From positions 22,692,001 to 22,756,000 of the forward strand of contig NC_134472.1 of the NCBI RefSeq assembly GCF_964194025.1: DNA of 64,000 nt, written 5' to 3'. Position numbers and translations under genes: made by a program. The notes under the pieces are model-generated. The model had not been told where the DNA came from, ran no database searches, and worked only from the letters and a program-made list of their open reading frames with translations. The DNA comes from Convolutriloba macropyga (taxonomy: Eukaryota). Below, in pieces: positions 37,031 to 50,422 of the stretch; position 1 is the stretch's first letter; every line of letters starts with the position of its first letter.

Positions 37031-39326
37031 AACATAGCTGGCAGATTGCCAGAAAATAGCCGCAATAGATTTGTAGATCGGCAGCCTAAAAAACAGTAAA
37101 AAAGACAGACCAAAAACATTGTCTTTTCATTGAAGGCTGATCTGTTATATTTTGATTAAAAATCTGTATAAGTTTTTGCTGCCTCTATTAGCTGCTCTCA
37201 AATAACCTTCATTTAGAGTGACACACATTCACTTGACCTTATCTCTTTGAATTAAAGTAAATAAAAGTCAATTTCAAATTGAGGAAGTCATTTTTGAGAG
37301 TGAGGTAAGTCAAGTGTGACCAAAAATTTAATCACGCGCATGAACAAAAAGAAAAAATTCGCTCCACTAAGAGCGAAAAATGACGTCACACATGCGATTC
37401 AGTTGAAATTGCATGAACGATTGAACAAAAAGTGGCTGTGACGTCATATGGTCGTAACAAAAATCATGACGGCGAAATAAAAAAAACATAGCCGGAAGAA
37501 TTCCGGAAGCGACTCAAAGCAACAAAACTACACAAAAACCGTAAATGCAGCTGAAGTCTTTATCCTTTGTATTAAACCTTTAACTCATTACCTCCCGAGG
37601 TCTGATCTAAAAATTAGTGAAATTTAAACAACAATCACCAAGAAAAACAAAATGCAGCAAAATTTTATATTATTGAAACCGTTTGGCAACGTTAAAAAAG
37701 AGCGACATGAATAGGATGGCCAAATTACCAATAGCCTGAAAAAACTGACAGGGTTATCAATTGCCCTCAAATAACTCATGATTCTCAAGGTCGCGTAAGC
37801 AGACGGCAAATAATAACCATAGAAACTAAGTTAAATTTTTCAAAAATAATGCGCAAATTTAAGAATCGGAAAACCACTACAATTAGATTTCTAATCACTG
37901 CAATTAAGTCAAAAACAACACATACTTCTTCCTTGATATATATATATTCCAGACAACATGATTTCATACTAATTCGAAAAATAAATTAATAGAAAACACA
38001 AGCAACAGAATAAATCAAAGGCAAAACATTGTTTAAAGACAATAACAAGGACTGAAGAAAACTGCAATAAGCAGTAGTAATAAGCAGAAATTTTTGGAAT
38101 AAGTTTTCTAGCAAACTCTCAGGACTAATGTATGATGAATGAAATCATTTGCAAACCAAAGAAATGAAAATCTAAGAAAAACCTGAAAATATTCAATTTT
38201 TAACAACTGAAACAATCAAAAAACGAATAAAAATGTAGATGCAAGGACAAAGCCAGAATGATACAAACTAGAAGGTGAAAACTATGGACAGAATGTAAGG
38301 AACACAGTAACAAAAAGACTAATTGTTGATTTTTGAAAGTTAAAAATAAAATAAAATAAATGAAGAAAACGATTACATTTTAATGTTCAGCATTCGAGAC
38401 ATAGTAAAAACAACGAGACATCTGAGACAAAGACCTATCATCCTGAACGGAACAAAAAAAGGCAAAATCAGAATTCAAACCTACAAAACATTTTGCAAAA
38501 AAATGTTCAAAATTTTTCAGACCGCATTTATGAAAAAAAAATTTCATTAAAAAAAAAGGTTTTCGAAAACTTAACGCCAAAATATGATTGATTTTTTATT
38601 GAACGAAATTTAAGTCTCTCATGTTGCACAAAAATACTAGTGCTAGTAATTAAAACTAAAAAACAAACAACAAACTGAGAACAATTGGAAAAAAACTACC
38701 AAAATCGGATTAGCATATGTACAATTTTATAAAACAAAATTACATGGAGATAGAAAGAGGCGTTGAGTATATGATTTATCAAAGGGACGATCCTATGTTA
38801 ACTGATTTTTGACAAAAAGACGGCTGAAAGATAAAAAATGAAGAAATTACTAGAAAAAAAGACAAAAATTAACTAAAAAATCAAGAAATATGTGACAATT
38901 TTGAACTTCAAACGCATTTTCAGGCTCTGCGAAACACTGTGGTATCAATTTCCGAGGTTTACGTTTCAATATAGCATCCAATAAAAATTATTTCTACAAA
39001 AAAGCAAACTGCACGCAAAAAAAGGGGCACTTGGACGAAAAAACGGCCAAAAACCGTTATCTATATGTGCCACTCAGTCAAAAACTACTTTTCAAAGTCA
39101 AAAAGTCATTCACTAAACGCAGCGCATGATCACAAAACTTCTCTCGCTCAGAAAAAATTAGTTCACTGCAATTTTACTCACTTTCGCGTTCAGGTCAAAA
39201 CATCGTCTGAACGAATAGTACTTCCGGTAAAAAAAAAAAACCTAAAGAAAACCAATACTCCTCTTCGAGTCGTAAAAACCAAGAGAAGGCCAATAATAGC
39301 CCCAGCTATCGCTGTGCGGCTATTAA
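37031..39326 (-). mobile_element. Complete A2 > B composite Helentron-type element
   Basis: Same architecture as 5804-7982. Confidence 0.82.
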
Positions 39327-42253
39327 AAACTGATTAGTACGCCAACTATCCGTTCATGAATTACATTAATGAAAAGTTGAAGTAATGGTCAGTCTTAATG
39401 GATAGTTTTGCTTGTAGGCCTTCACGCATTATAGAATCACAGAACTTAAACGACTAACATTGGACGAATAGATGCTCTCAAATCACTGGCTTCGTCGGTA
39501 GCTAGCTGCAGCCTAAAGAGGCTAGCATTAACTTAATCTAGAGGGGGGCTGGTTGAGCATGGGAGTTGGCGGCAGTGGGGGCTGCGGGTGGAGTTGGGAA
39601 GGGTGTTCGGAGTGCTCTAAGAGAACTTAATTCCCTCCCGGCTTTACCTGTTTATCACGTTCGTGAGGACGAAAAGTCCAATGATTAGACGCTAAAAGTT
39701 GGTAATACGAAAAATCGCATACAAAAAGGTCAATAGGACTAACATTATTGCTAAAAACTTTATTTGAGAGCAATTAAAAATGAAGCTTTTTCGTTACATA
39801 TCATTTTACCCAAGGTCTAAATGCCCACCCAATGTGCCATAATAAAATCATTCCCTTTACCTACAGTACTAGAGCAAGTTTGATCAAAATCCATTGTTTA
39901 ATTTGATCTCATAATTGGTTAAGATAGTTTCAAATCCAGTCCTACGAGCCACTGAGGCATGACTGTAATGATTAGTTCATAATTTTTTCCACTTCAGCAT
40001 GACTATGCGAAATGGTATTTCTAAAAATTTTAACAGCAGGGTAAAATATTGCAAATATTTTGAGTGTTCTTTCCAAACGCCAAGCCTACAAGACTGATTC
40101 GTAACACAAGCAATTATTTCATAACACAAGCAATAAGAAAAATCAAAAGCTAGTAGTCTAATATACTTCGAAAAACTAAAGATTTCATTAGTGAAAGACA
40201 GGAGGCTTATCAATGAACTATACAAATAAACATTTCTGAAAAGATAAATAATATGATGAAAACCATCATTGTTAAAAATAGATTTGCATTTGAAATATTA
40301 TGGATCAACATCTGTGTATTATTCTGAAGCTTTCCGATTTGCCGTGTACAGAAAAAACGTCCAATTCAAATTATTTTAAACGGTTCCAAAATGATTAAAG
40401 AGGTCGATAAATAGAATCTCGGACAATGTTAAAATATCCAGGATATAGTGCAATTTGACTCATGTCTTATACTCTCCGCCATGTCCAGAAATTCAATACG
40501 TCACGAAATCTTAAGTGTACAGAACCCTTCACAGCTAACAGATTCGTTTACAGTTTACAGAACCCTGTACTAATTGAAAGCGATATGGTTGTTCAGTTCA
40601 CCTTTTTATCGACAAAAGCGGTAACTTTTGCTATCGTTGGTTTAGATGGATAATTTAAGAATTGGTGACCCTGATTAAGAAACCCTATGGCTGTTTCATT
40701 ATAAACAGATGAATGATTAAGAGCATTGAAATTAGCAACAGCAATTGTCTGCCCGTAGGGCAACAAACCAGTACATTTTGCGTCTTAGGGGCGTTATTTT
40801 TATATTTTGAGGTAGTAGTTAATAACTTTGATAGTTCGTGAAACTTTGGTGTTAATTACAAATTTTTGTCAAAAAAGCAAGGTTGTCATTTGTATTCCTT
40901 TCAAATTAACACTTTTTGTCAATTGTAAGTGTCTTCATGACAAATAGTTCAATTCATCACCTCACTCATCGCAGGTGATTTCTCGTTTGATTGAAAAAAT
41001 TGTCTGTTAGGCTACTATTCTGTTACGCCAAAAATAAAAATCTATACTAACTAATAGAGTAGCTAAGCAAAAATAAGGCACAGGAGCAAGAAAGTTACTC
41101 TCACTATCTTAAGAACTGGCCTCATGGACTTGACAAAAAAACAATTTGAGCAACCTCGGAAAATATGAGCAATGTGTTAATACACTTCCGGAAAAACACA
41201 GACTAAAATGTTGAGCAATAAAACAGCTCAGCAAACGAAAAGCTTAATTAAGATTTCGTTTGATCCATTTCACTATGAAATAACAATGCATGGAAAAAAC
41301 AGGAAAAATTCAATAACTCCGATTTAATTCATCAATATCTCATATGTAGCAGCTTGATATAACAAATTTGTCTAACTTATGGATTGTTTATAACAACAGT
41401 CCTCAAGTAGATTTCAATTAGACTTCGACATTCTCCGCCGATCGACACGCCTCCAATTGAAGTAAGCTGAAGAAATCTTGAGAGTTCGGAAAAAAATATT
41501 CCCACGAGTAGAAAAAATCACCCCAATAAGAGTTAACACGGATATCAAACTCACAAAGTCCAGACTCAGCCCCAAAATTGGACAAATGAAAGAACAAAAG
41601 CTGATTTGACGACGAAGAAAAAAGCATCAACATAAGGATAATAGTAACTCCACCACGCTAATGCAGTTAAAAACAAATCTTTTCCCTAAATATTTAATGT
41701 ATGGGCAAAAAACAGGCATCGTCGATCGAGTTCTACAAATTTTCTTTTGACGCGTAAAAAATTTAAATTATTAGAAATGGTGTAGAGAATAATTTACATA
41801 AATCAAGAGCTCATTTGTTCAATTATTTGCACTATTTACAGAGATCGATTGCCATTGAGAATAAGAATCTAAAGCTAATTTAGGAAATTTAGTTATGAAT
41901 GTCACAAAAAGAAGCACAGTAGCAATTCTGAATTGAAACTGATTGAGAGCAGTTTGACTGAGTGCACTTTTTGTATTACTCTATCTAAATTCAAGTGAAG
42001 AGTAGCTTTTTGAAATTTCATTGCCAATTTTTTTAATCATGTTTTTTATACAGACAAATTTTCTATTGTGAGAACCACACGCAGTAAAATTTCGGCATCC
42101 ACCATTTTGATGTTCATAGTTGACAGCAAGCTCTCATCTGTTTTTTTTTTCGAAACCTTGCACGGTAAAAGTGCCAATAGTAAATGCAGTTTGATGTGCT
42201 AATTTGACGACTGACAACGTTTTCATATCTGGATATTTCTTCTCAGTGCTTGA

Positions 42254-42494
42254 TCATTTGGACTTTGTGCTGCCTGCTGACTTTTTCCTCTGCGGCTTCT
42301 CACTTGAATCGCTATTCCCCTTTCCTGACTTGTTCTCTTTCGATTGTCCTTTGGAACTTGAGGTCGATGAAGCAGAAGTGACTCGTTCTTTCGCGACTCC
42401 GCTAACGCCACTCGTCGATTCTTCCCACTGTTGAGTCCACTTGGGAAGACATGTATTCACGTAATTCCAATAGATCTCTTTCTGGATTTTAAGT
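42254..42494 (-). CDS. CEP15: CEP15/C3orf14-like protein, last exon (LKIQKEIYWNYVNTCLPKWTQQW plus S/K-rich tail)
   Basis: Acceptor TTTTTAG|A gives an in-frame phase-2 join; YWxxVxxxxPKW motif as in C3orf14. Confidence 0.78.
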
Positions 42495-42825
42495 CTAAAA
42501 AGTATTCAGTGCTCATTTAAGAAAAAGGACTCGAATCAGATTGCAGAAACGACACACAGAGTTAACTAACTACATTCTCATAATTGCAGGTTCTCTTATA
42601 TTTCCCGCCTCAATTGATAAACTGACTTCCTAAATGCGGAAAAAATTGCGTAAAACTGCACAACATTGAGGGGAAATTCATTCATTTTATTTGAAAATAG
42701 ATTTTCTTCATGTAAATGGAGACCAAAAGGAAAAGACAAACACATTTTAATTTAAAAATTGCTTCTAAAAAAATTCGTCAAAATGTGGCAACTTAGGAAG
42801 CCTCTTAATCTTTGTGTCTCACAAA

Positions 42826-45800
42826 AACATAGCCGGCAGAGTGCCGGAAAATAGCCGCGATGGACACTTGTGGCCTTCCATGGAATTAAAACAACTAAAG
42901 AAATAAGATAGACAGACTGACCACCAGTCGTTTAATAGACCACTTGACTTTTTGGGTTAGATTCGGACTGCCAATTTTATGACACATACGTTCTATAACG
43001 AAAAAAACCCCTAAGAGCTATTTCAAAAATAATATTCGAAATCAAAAACTAGGACTCTGATACTCAAGAATTAGGTCGTATACGTTTGGCACTACTTAGA
43101 TGCAAACAATTGATCTTTAACTAGTAAATGTTCAGAAACTTAAAGTTCATTAAGTGAGTTCAGAAGTCGTTTTTTTTGAGCGCGGGAAGTCACAAATTGA
43201 ATTGACCAAAAAGCAGAACAAATGACGTCACGCATACAAACTGTAATTGCAAAGCAGTAGAAGTCACTCAAATCAAAAAAGTCAATGGTCGCAAGAATCA
43301 TCGATGGAGACGACGAATTGAAAACAAATAGCAGGACAAGTCCTGATGTACAATTCAAAGAAATTTCATAGACTAAACAAAAAATAGACCTAGAACGGAA
43401 TGAGTGAATTGGGAAAACCATTTAGAAAAAAAATCCGACCAAAAATAGAAATAACAGTAAAAATCAAAGAAATTGACACATTTGAACAAAAAAGCACTAG
43501 CGAGAAATGGAATAATTCCCCCTCCCTTCACCCTAACTACCCCCACCAACCCCAACTACCCCAGCACTAACCACCTCCCCAACCTATCTCCCCCGCACCT
43601 AAAAAATTGTCGGCATTTTTAAAACACTTTAATGTGGTTTGTTGGGCTACTTTTTTTCTCTTGTCTATTTTGATGAAAAACACAACCGAAATCATCTCAA
43701 AAAATTGAGAAACTAAAACATTCATACTAAACAAAAATATAATCATTGCTAAAACTCTTGAAACTTTTAACCCAAAGGCAAATTTTGACCCCTTCAAATA
43801 CAACATTTTCAAAAATATGATTAATGCCAATTTTTGATTCTGAAATTGGTCCAGTTTTATATCTGCAAGACCTGAACAAAAATCATTTGCCCTTAAAGAT
43901 AGATTGACCCAAAAATTTAAAATGAAATCAATCACAAATTTTAATGAAATGTTGTCCAAAAATAGTGATATTAAAATCTTCAGAATCATTTCTGTATCCT
44001 TAAAGGCCATCCAGTTATCCAATTGCAAGCTTTAAAAAAATCATTGGCACAAAAATCGACAGGCAATAATTTTTAGAAATTCAAATTTCAAAAAATAGAA
44101 GTTCGGCCTATTAAAATGTTAAAAACCCTTCAATTGACCCTAGCAACTGTTTAATAACATACCATCAAACACTGGATGGGGTTACCTGGCTAATGAGGCA
44201 AGAAAAACTGAATAAGAGACTAATGTTTTGAAAAAACTTTAAAATAATGCAAATTTTTTCAGAAAACTTCTAAAATTCGAAAGGTTAAATTGTTAAAAAA
44301 CAAATTCATTGAAACTAACAACCATGCAGTAACGTTTCATAAGACCATGGAATAAGTTTTTTGGCACGTGAGAATGCACAAATACCAAAAATTGACAAAA
44401 ACTTTAGGAAACCTTAAAAAATAGCAGATTTCATTAAAAAAAGCTAAAATTCGGGACACTAAAATGTTGAAAACCAATCCTTTGTTACAAGAAACTAAGC
44501 AGTGACCTATTATCAACCCTTAAATTAGATTCCCTGGCCCCTGAAGCTGGAAAAACTCTAGAAATGAGAAAAATAATTCAAAAAACTTGAAAAACATTGC
44601 AAAAATTTTCATCATTTTGCGTGTTTGTGTTTGTAGTACCAAAACAAATAGCACATAAAAGGTCACAACAAGTAAGGTCTCACAAAAGTCCTTCACCAAC
44701 TTGAAAAAACTTTTACCGAAGGCTAATCAAACAAAAAACTAAAAAAACAGAAAAAAAACATGAAAAATTGCACCATTTTGAGCCCAAAAACGCCTAAGAA
44801 TGACATTTCAGCCTTAAATTGAGGCCATCCCAGCAGCTGCACCACCCTAAGCACTTGAAGGACTACTAAAACTCACATTGGGCCTCTAATGAAAATTAAG
44901 GCACGCTGGGCTTTACCTGTTTATCCCGTTTTGAAAGATCATTAAAAAATGTGTGAACACATCTTAAAAAAAATAATTCATGATTGTAATCTCAAAGAGA
45001 TCGCGAAAGCAAACGGCAGATAAAAATCTTAGCAACTAAATTAACTTTTTCAAAAAAGTAATCAAAAATCAAGACTCACAAAACCACTAAAATTAGATTT
45101 CTAGTCACTGCAATTCAGACAAAAACAACGCATAATTCTTCCTTGTTGTATATATTCTACGCATGATTTCATACTAATTTAAAAATTAAATTAATCATAG
45201 AAAACACAAGCAACAACAGAAATCAGAGGCAAAAAATCGTTTAAAAACAATACTAAGGCTGAGAAAAATTGCAATAAATGGTAATAAGTGGAGATTTTGG
45301 AAAAGGCCTTCTAACAAATTCTCAGAACTCTCAGTACTAGTGTTAAGTTGAATGAAATCAATTGCAAACCAAAGAAATGACAAAAATCTGAGAAAAAACT
45401 GAAATCATTAAATTTTTTAACAACTGAAAAAATCAACAAAACCAATATAAAAGTAGGTGCCAGGACAAAGCTAGAATGATAAAAAGTAGAATGCGAAGAA
45501 TACGGACACAAGGTAAAGAACACCGTAAAAAAGACTAACTCTTCATATTGGAAAGTTAAAAATCAAATTGAAAAAATCAAGAAAAACGAATACATTTCAT
45601 TGTTCAGCATTCGAGAAACAGAAAAGACGACGAGCCATCCGAGACAATTATCCATTCTTGTGAACAGAACAGAAAAAGAAATAGCAGAATTCGAACTTAC
45701 GAAACATGGAAACATTTTGCAAAAAAGTCATTGAGATTGCATTTATAAAAAACTTTTCATTGTTTTTCAATAACTTAACGCCAAACGTGGTTGATTTTTA

Positions 45801-46508
45801 TTGAAACAAAATGAAAATCCCTCATGTTGCACAAAAAGGCTCTTTCTAGTAATTAATACCGAAATTCGAACAAAAAATTAAAAAATTGGAAAAAAAACTA
45901 CCAAAATCGGATAAGCATATGTACAATTTTGTGAAACAAAATTACATCGAGGTATAAAGAGGCGTTGAATATGTGATATATCAAAACGAAGTTGCCAGAT
46001 TAACTGATTTTTGAGAGAAAGACGGCTGAAAGATTAAAATGAAGAAATTAACAGAAAAAGCCAAAAATTATCTAAAAATCAAGAAATATGTGCCAATTTT
46101 GAACTTCAAACGCATTTTCAGAATCTGCCAAGCACTGTGGTATCAATTTCCGAGGTTTACGTTTCAATATAGCATCGAATAAATATTATTTCTACAAAAA
46201 ACCAAATTACAAGCAAAAAACAAGGCCACTTAGACGAAAAAACGGCTAAAAACGGTTATCTATATGTGTCATTCAGTCAAAAACTACTTTTCAAAGACAA
46301 AAATTAATTCACTAAACGCAGCGCATGATCAAAAAATTTCTCTCGCTCCGATTAATAGTTCACACTGCAATTTCACTCGTTTTCGCTTTTAGGTCAAAAC
46401 ATCGTCTGAACAAATAGTACTTCCGCTAAAAGAAAACCAATAATGCTCTTCGAGTCGTAAAAACCACTATGTCCCCAATAATAGCCGCTATCGCTTAGCG
46501 GCTATTAA
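42826..46508 (-). mobile_element. Chimeric A1 > C / B composite filling a CEP15-like intron
   Basis: A1 3' end at 42826; C 3' end at ~43325; segment homologous to 1720-2885; B body; B cap then A1 cap (AATAGCCGC-TATCGCTTA-GCGGCTATT). Confidence 0.78.
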
Positions 46509-46570
46509 TCAATAGACTTGCATGTCATATTAACTGAAATTTTTGAGTATAAATTTTGAGAGAAACGGAC

Positions 46571-46731
46571 CTGGTGGCAGTGACAGTTGATTGTCTAGCA
46601 GAGGCCTCCTCTTCCACCCTGTCCACTGTGTCTTTCACCTCCTTGACTAGTCTCTCGTTCCTCACTTTCTTAGAGAACCAGAACTTGTCTACATCCACCA
46701 GCCGCTCAAACTCCTCATCCGCCACTCCCAC
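46571..46731 (-). CDS. CEP15: CEP15/C3orf14-like protein, exon 2
   Basis: Acceptor TTTAG|GTG and donor AG|GTCCGT (phase 2); RNxxLxKE motif. Confidence 0.78.
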
Positions 46732-47228
46732 CTAAACAAATACCATTTGCAACTTATGCTGTGATCGAACATTTACGCTGACGAGTGCTATATTAATGGA
46801 ACCAATTTCATGTCATTGTATTTTTTTGTATAATGATTTGAGTCGCATGAACTAAAAAGCGAAACAAAGATAGATATCTTAATACACTCCGGCAAACTTA
46901 CAAAGCAAAAGAAACTAACGAAGTTTGTAAAAAAATAAATTTGACCTATTTCCGACACGATTCGACAATAGATTGATATAAAACTTAACTTTTTTGAAAC
47001 CTTTTTTTAGCGTCTTCAGAAATGCAACACTGTAGTATTATGCTCTGTGAATATGAGACGTTACTACAAACAAGAATACTGCACCAATTAGGCGCGTGGA
47101 GCAATAGGTTTCATCAATCTTGAGCTCTTCTATGAATCTTTATTTTTCCGCGGAACCTCACCATCCATAAACAGATTGCAGGAAATTAACAGAAGCAATT
47201 TTCAATCACCTTTTAAATAAAACTCATA

Positions 47229-47625
47229 AACCGACTAACGTCGGATGAATTGCCCTCGAACGACAAGCGGGGCAATTTAATTTATATGGGGCGTAGCTGT
47301 GAAATGATTTCTGGTAGAAAATAAACGTCCACACGGGGATTCGAACCCAAAACTCGCGGATAACAATCTGACCTCTTATCCACTCAGCTATAAAGGATTC
47401 GATTTTGCTTCCCCCATAATCATATTTATATCAGTAAGGAACTTTGTTTCAGAATGAGAGAAACTTATATCACACAAAAATGAAGAACTCAAATATGGAA
47501 AAGTCACTCAAGAAGTCAAAGAATGTTTGAGAACAAAAGCGCAAAAACGTCAAGCGATAATTTTGGCATAAAAAGACTCGCACGTTTACAAAAATTGCTT
47601 TACACTTCGTTCGAGAGAACTAAAA
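47229..47625 (-). mobile_element. E-family Helentron-type element with tRNA-like cassette (47327-47396)
   Basis: CCGAC-TAAC-GTCGG stem-loop; CTCGAACGA / TCGTTCGAG subTIRs; TAGCTGAGTGG A-box and GGTTCGAATCC B-box. Confidence 0.75.
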
Positions 47626-47860
47626 ATTAAATACAAGCACACCCAAGTCATAATTTTAACTTGAATAACATTGATAAAAGGACAACGTGAAGAAAGAAAA
47701 ACAAAATTTGAAGGCCAAAGATAAATCAGCTCCACAAAACATCTGAATAAGCAATCCTTTATTCAAGCCCGCTACACATCAAAATCATTGAAAAAAGCTA
47801 GAAAAAGTCTCCGGATTTAAAAGACCACATATTTGAAAAACTTTAGAAAAAAAACAGATA

Positions 47861-48352
47861 AACATAGTCGGCAGATTGCCAGAAAATAGCCGCGATAGAC
47901 GCTTGTGGCCTTCCATTGAATTGAAACAACTAAAAAAATAAGACAGACAGATTGACCACCAGTCCTTTACTAGACCACCAAGCTTTTTAGGTTAGATTCG
48001 GACTGTCATTTTTATGAGACACACGCTCTAAAAGGAAAAAGCCCTGGAAGATCTTTTTCAAAATTTATATCCGAAATCAAGACTTAAGACTCTAATACTC
48101 AAGAATTAGGGCATATATGCTTGGCACTACTTAGATGCACACCATTGATCTTTTACTAGTAAATGTTCATAAAACTTAAAGTTCATTAAGTGAGTTCAGA
48201 AGTCATTTTTTGAGTGCGGGAAGTCACAAATTGAATTGACCTAAAAGCAGAACAAATGACGTCACGCATACAAATTTTAATCGCAAAGCAGTAGAAGTCA
48301 TTGAAATTGAAAAAGTCAATGGTCGCAAGAATCATCGATGGAGACGACGAAT
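47861..48352 (-). mobile_element. A1 element lacking its 5' cap
   Basis: Body matches 42826-43318 and stops exactly at GACGACGAATT, the site occupied by C in other copies. Confidence 0.72.
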
Positions 48353-49311
48353 TAATAGCCGCCCCTTAATTACATACATCATTTTTCACAATTTGACAAA
48401 CCTTTGTAATTGTGATGTGAAGTAATTATGTAAAACCAAATCTATAGTAAATTGGAAGTATTTAGAATAATTACATTGGCATTTCATAACAGCTGCATTT
48501 CATCGCAGTCAATCTTATTTGGGCAAAATTTTGTCACAATGTTTTAGTTTACGTCAAATGGAGACAAGAAACTTGGGATGTAATTTTGGTTTCAGTCCCC
48601 TTAAAACTTAAATTGATCAAAATTTATTTTTACAGGCCTAAGGACAATTAATCAAAGGACTAAGAACGACGGATCAGGAATTCAGGGAATGAATTACGCA
48701 AACTAAGAGCATGCTTCCGTAATTTCGAAAGCTTCTAACTCTTTGCATAGATCAATAATAAGAAATTGCAGATTAGCATTTACGTATACCACGGCTGTGG
48801 GGAACTTTAGTGACCTGAGTAAGGTCTTAATTAATTGAAAATTTCACCAAACCATGATTTAGCCTATTTGAGACTGTTCCCGCTATCTCCAAAAATTGAA
48901 ATAAGAGTTAGTTACACTAACATTGCAAAGAGCTAAGACTAGCAGCGTATAATAGAGACGAAAAATGGTCACTGCTTTCAATTAGTGTAAACATAGTTTG
49001 CGCGGACAGTACGTAAGAAGAATTCAAATTTTGAAACAATTGATCAAACTGTCTTTAATATCCGTTAACGCTTCAAGGGGGCACAGGACCTAGATTGTAG
49101 TTTGCTCAGAATATTTTGAATTTTTAAGTCATTGAGTTTTGGCAATGAGCGTCTCAGCAACCTATAAAGTGTTCTAAAAATGATTGGGAAGATACAACCA
49201 GTCAAAGAGCGACTACTCCCAAATAAAGTCAAACTAATTTCATTATTCTGGGATTTTGAGCTATGAGAGCTGGGTTAGATTCGGAATGTTTAAGGCTGGC
49301 TGTTCTCTAAC

Positions 49312-49428
49312 ATGTCTTGCGTCTATCGTGTGTCGGATGGTCTCTTCAAGCAGTTCCTTTCTCCTCTGGATGATCTGATTATGTCTCTTGATCAGTTCCC
49401 TCTCCCTCTCAAGCCAATACTCCCCCAT
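49312..49428 (-). CDS. CEP15: CEP15/C3orf14-like (DUF4570) coiled-coil protein, first coding exon (MGEYWLERERELIKRHNQIIQRRKELLEETIRHTIDARH)
   Basis: Not in the ORF track. ExxLxKRHxxI...R..LL resembles the C3orf14 N-terminus as I recall it; donor CAT|GTTAGA, phase 0. Confidence 0.72.
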
Positions 49429-50049
49429 CTACCCACCAAAATTATTCTTTTTCTTTCCTTTCACTACTGCACTCTCGGAACTAGTGTACTCTTTTCTCAC
49501 TACCATGTGACCGAATATCCTCTGGTGTATACCCACCACATGCAACCTCTGAAGACAAAACCACAAATTACCCACAGAAATGTTTTCACATACCAGTTCG
49601 ACGCCGATTTTTGTTCGGAATTTCATTTTTACAAAACCTTGCTTTTTTACTCTTTACAGTTTTAAAACAGAAAACAATCGAAAATGCTTTCTAGTACTGC
49701 ATTATACACATCAGATAAAACTGCTGAAAAACCCATATGCTATTAACTATTTTAGTTAGTCCGACTCAAACTGTTAGGCGAGTGTTGTGCACTCAATTTT
49801 GGCGAACGCAATATTTATGAGAAAGGTTTAAAGGGTATCATTAGAAAATTTCTTTTCCGAATTGAGAAGTAAATTACTTTTATAACCAATCGGTAACATT
49901 TACAAGTCATATACAGTCTACTTCTTCAGTACAAGTAAATCAAAATTAAGGTCTTAGTTTTCTGCTAAACAAAAAAATAACTTCTGAAGTAGCTAAAGTT
50001 TCTCTCGAAAGTACAAGTTTATATTGGTAGAGCGGAAGCCGTTTTCACA

Positions 50050-50422
50050 TTCGTTTAAATTTTGATTGACATTTTATTTTCTGTATTTCCAGAACAGGTT
50101 AATTCCGACAATAAAGAATCACTTCTTAACTTTGAAACACTCATTTGAGTTATTAACAATTCTGCTGGTGAAACGTCAGATTTCAATAAAAGATCTCTTG
50201 ACCTTTCAATCAATTTTCTCTTGTAGCCAATTTGTAGTACTTTGAGTAGCCTGAGCACAGTGAGAGGAGAGGACTAAGGATCTGAACAACATTAGTGGGG
50301 CTTCAAATGGTATTTGATGGCGTAGATTACATACTGATCGTATGCCCACTGCCATTTTTGAGAGAACTTGATTAAGTTGTTTCCGAAAGCTCAAATTTTA
50401 ATCAATCTCAAACGCAAAATAT
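50050..50422 (-). mobile_element. Decayed non-LTR retrotransposon fragment (region after the RT core)
   Basis: Reads YFAFEID*NLSFRKQLNQVLSKM...LMLFRSLVLS then ...SRDLLLKSDVSPAELLI, like the YLGxxIDxxLSF thumb region of CR1/L2-group RTs; contains a stop and a frameshift. Confidence 0.6.

Larger units (their letters stand above)
33489..37699. repeat. Tandem segmental duplication: 33489-35240 vs 35259-37699
   Basis: 33489-34426 matches 35259-36196 and 34468-35240 matches 36929-37699; 36197-36928 is replaced by a 41-bp filler in the left copy. Confidence 0.92.

Noticed and set aside
39661-39680. Hammerhead ribozyme (GTGAGGACGAAA)
   Set aside because: No CTGANGA core at a compatible position; only a small hairpin.
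43516-43600. Telomere-like or G-quadruplex C-rich tract (also G-rich 39541-39605)
   Set aside because: Irregular with no fixed repeat unit; probably internal low-complexity sequence of a repeat.
43567-44028. 153-aa ORF and other short F/L/K-rich ORFs in repeats
   Set aside because: They lie within non-autonomous elements, are disrupted in homologous copies, and show no Rep/helicase or transposase motifs.
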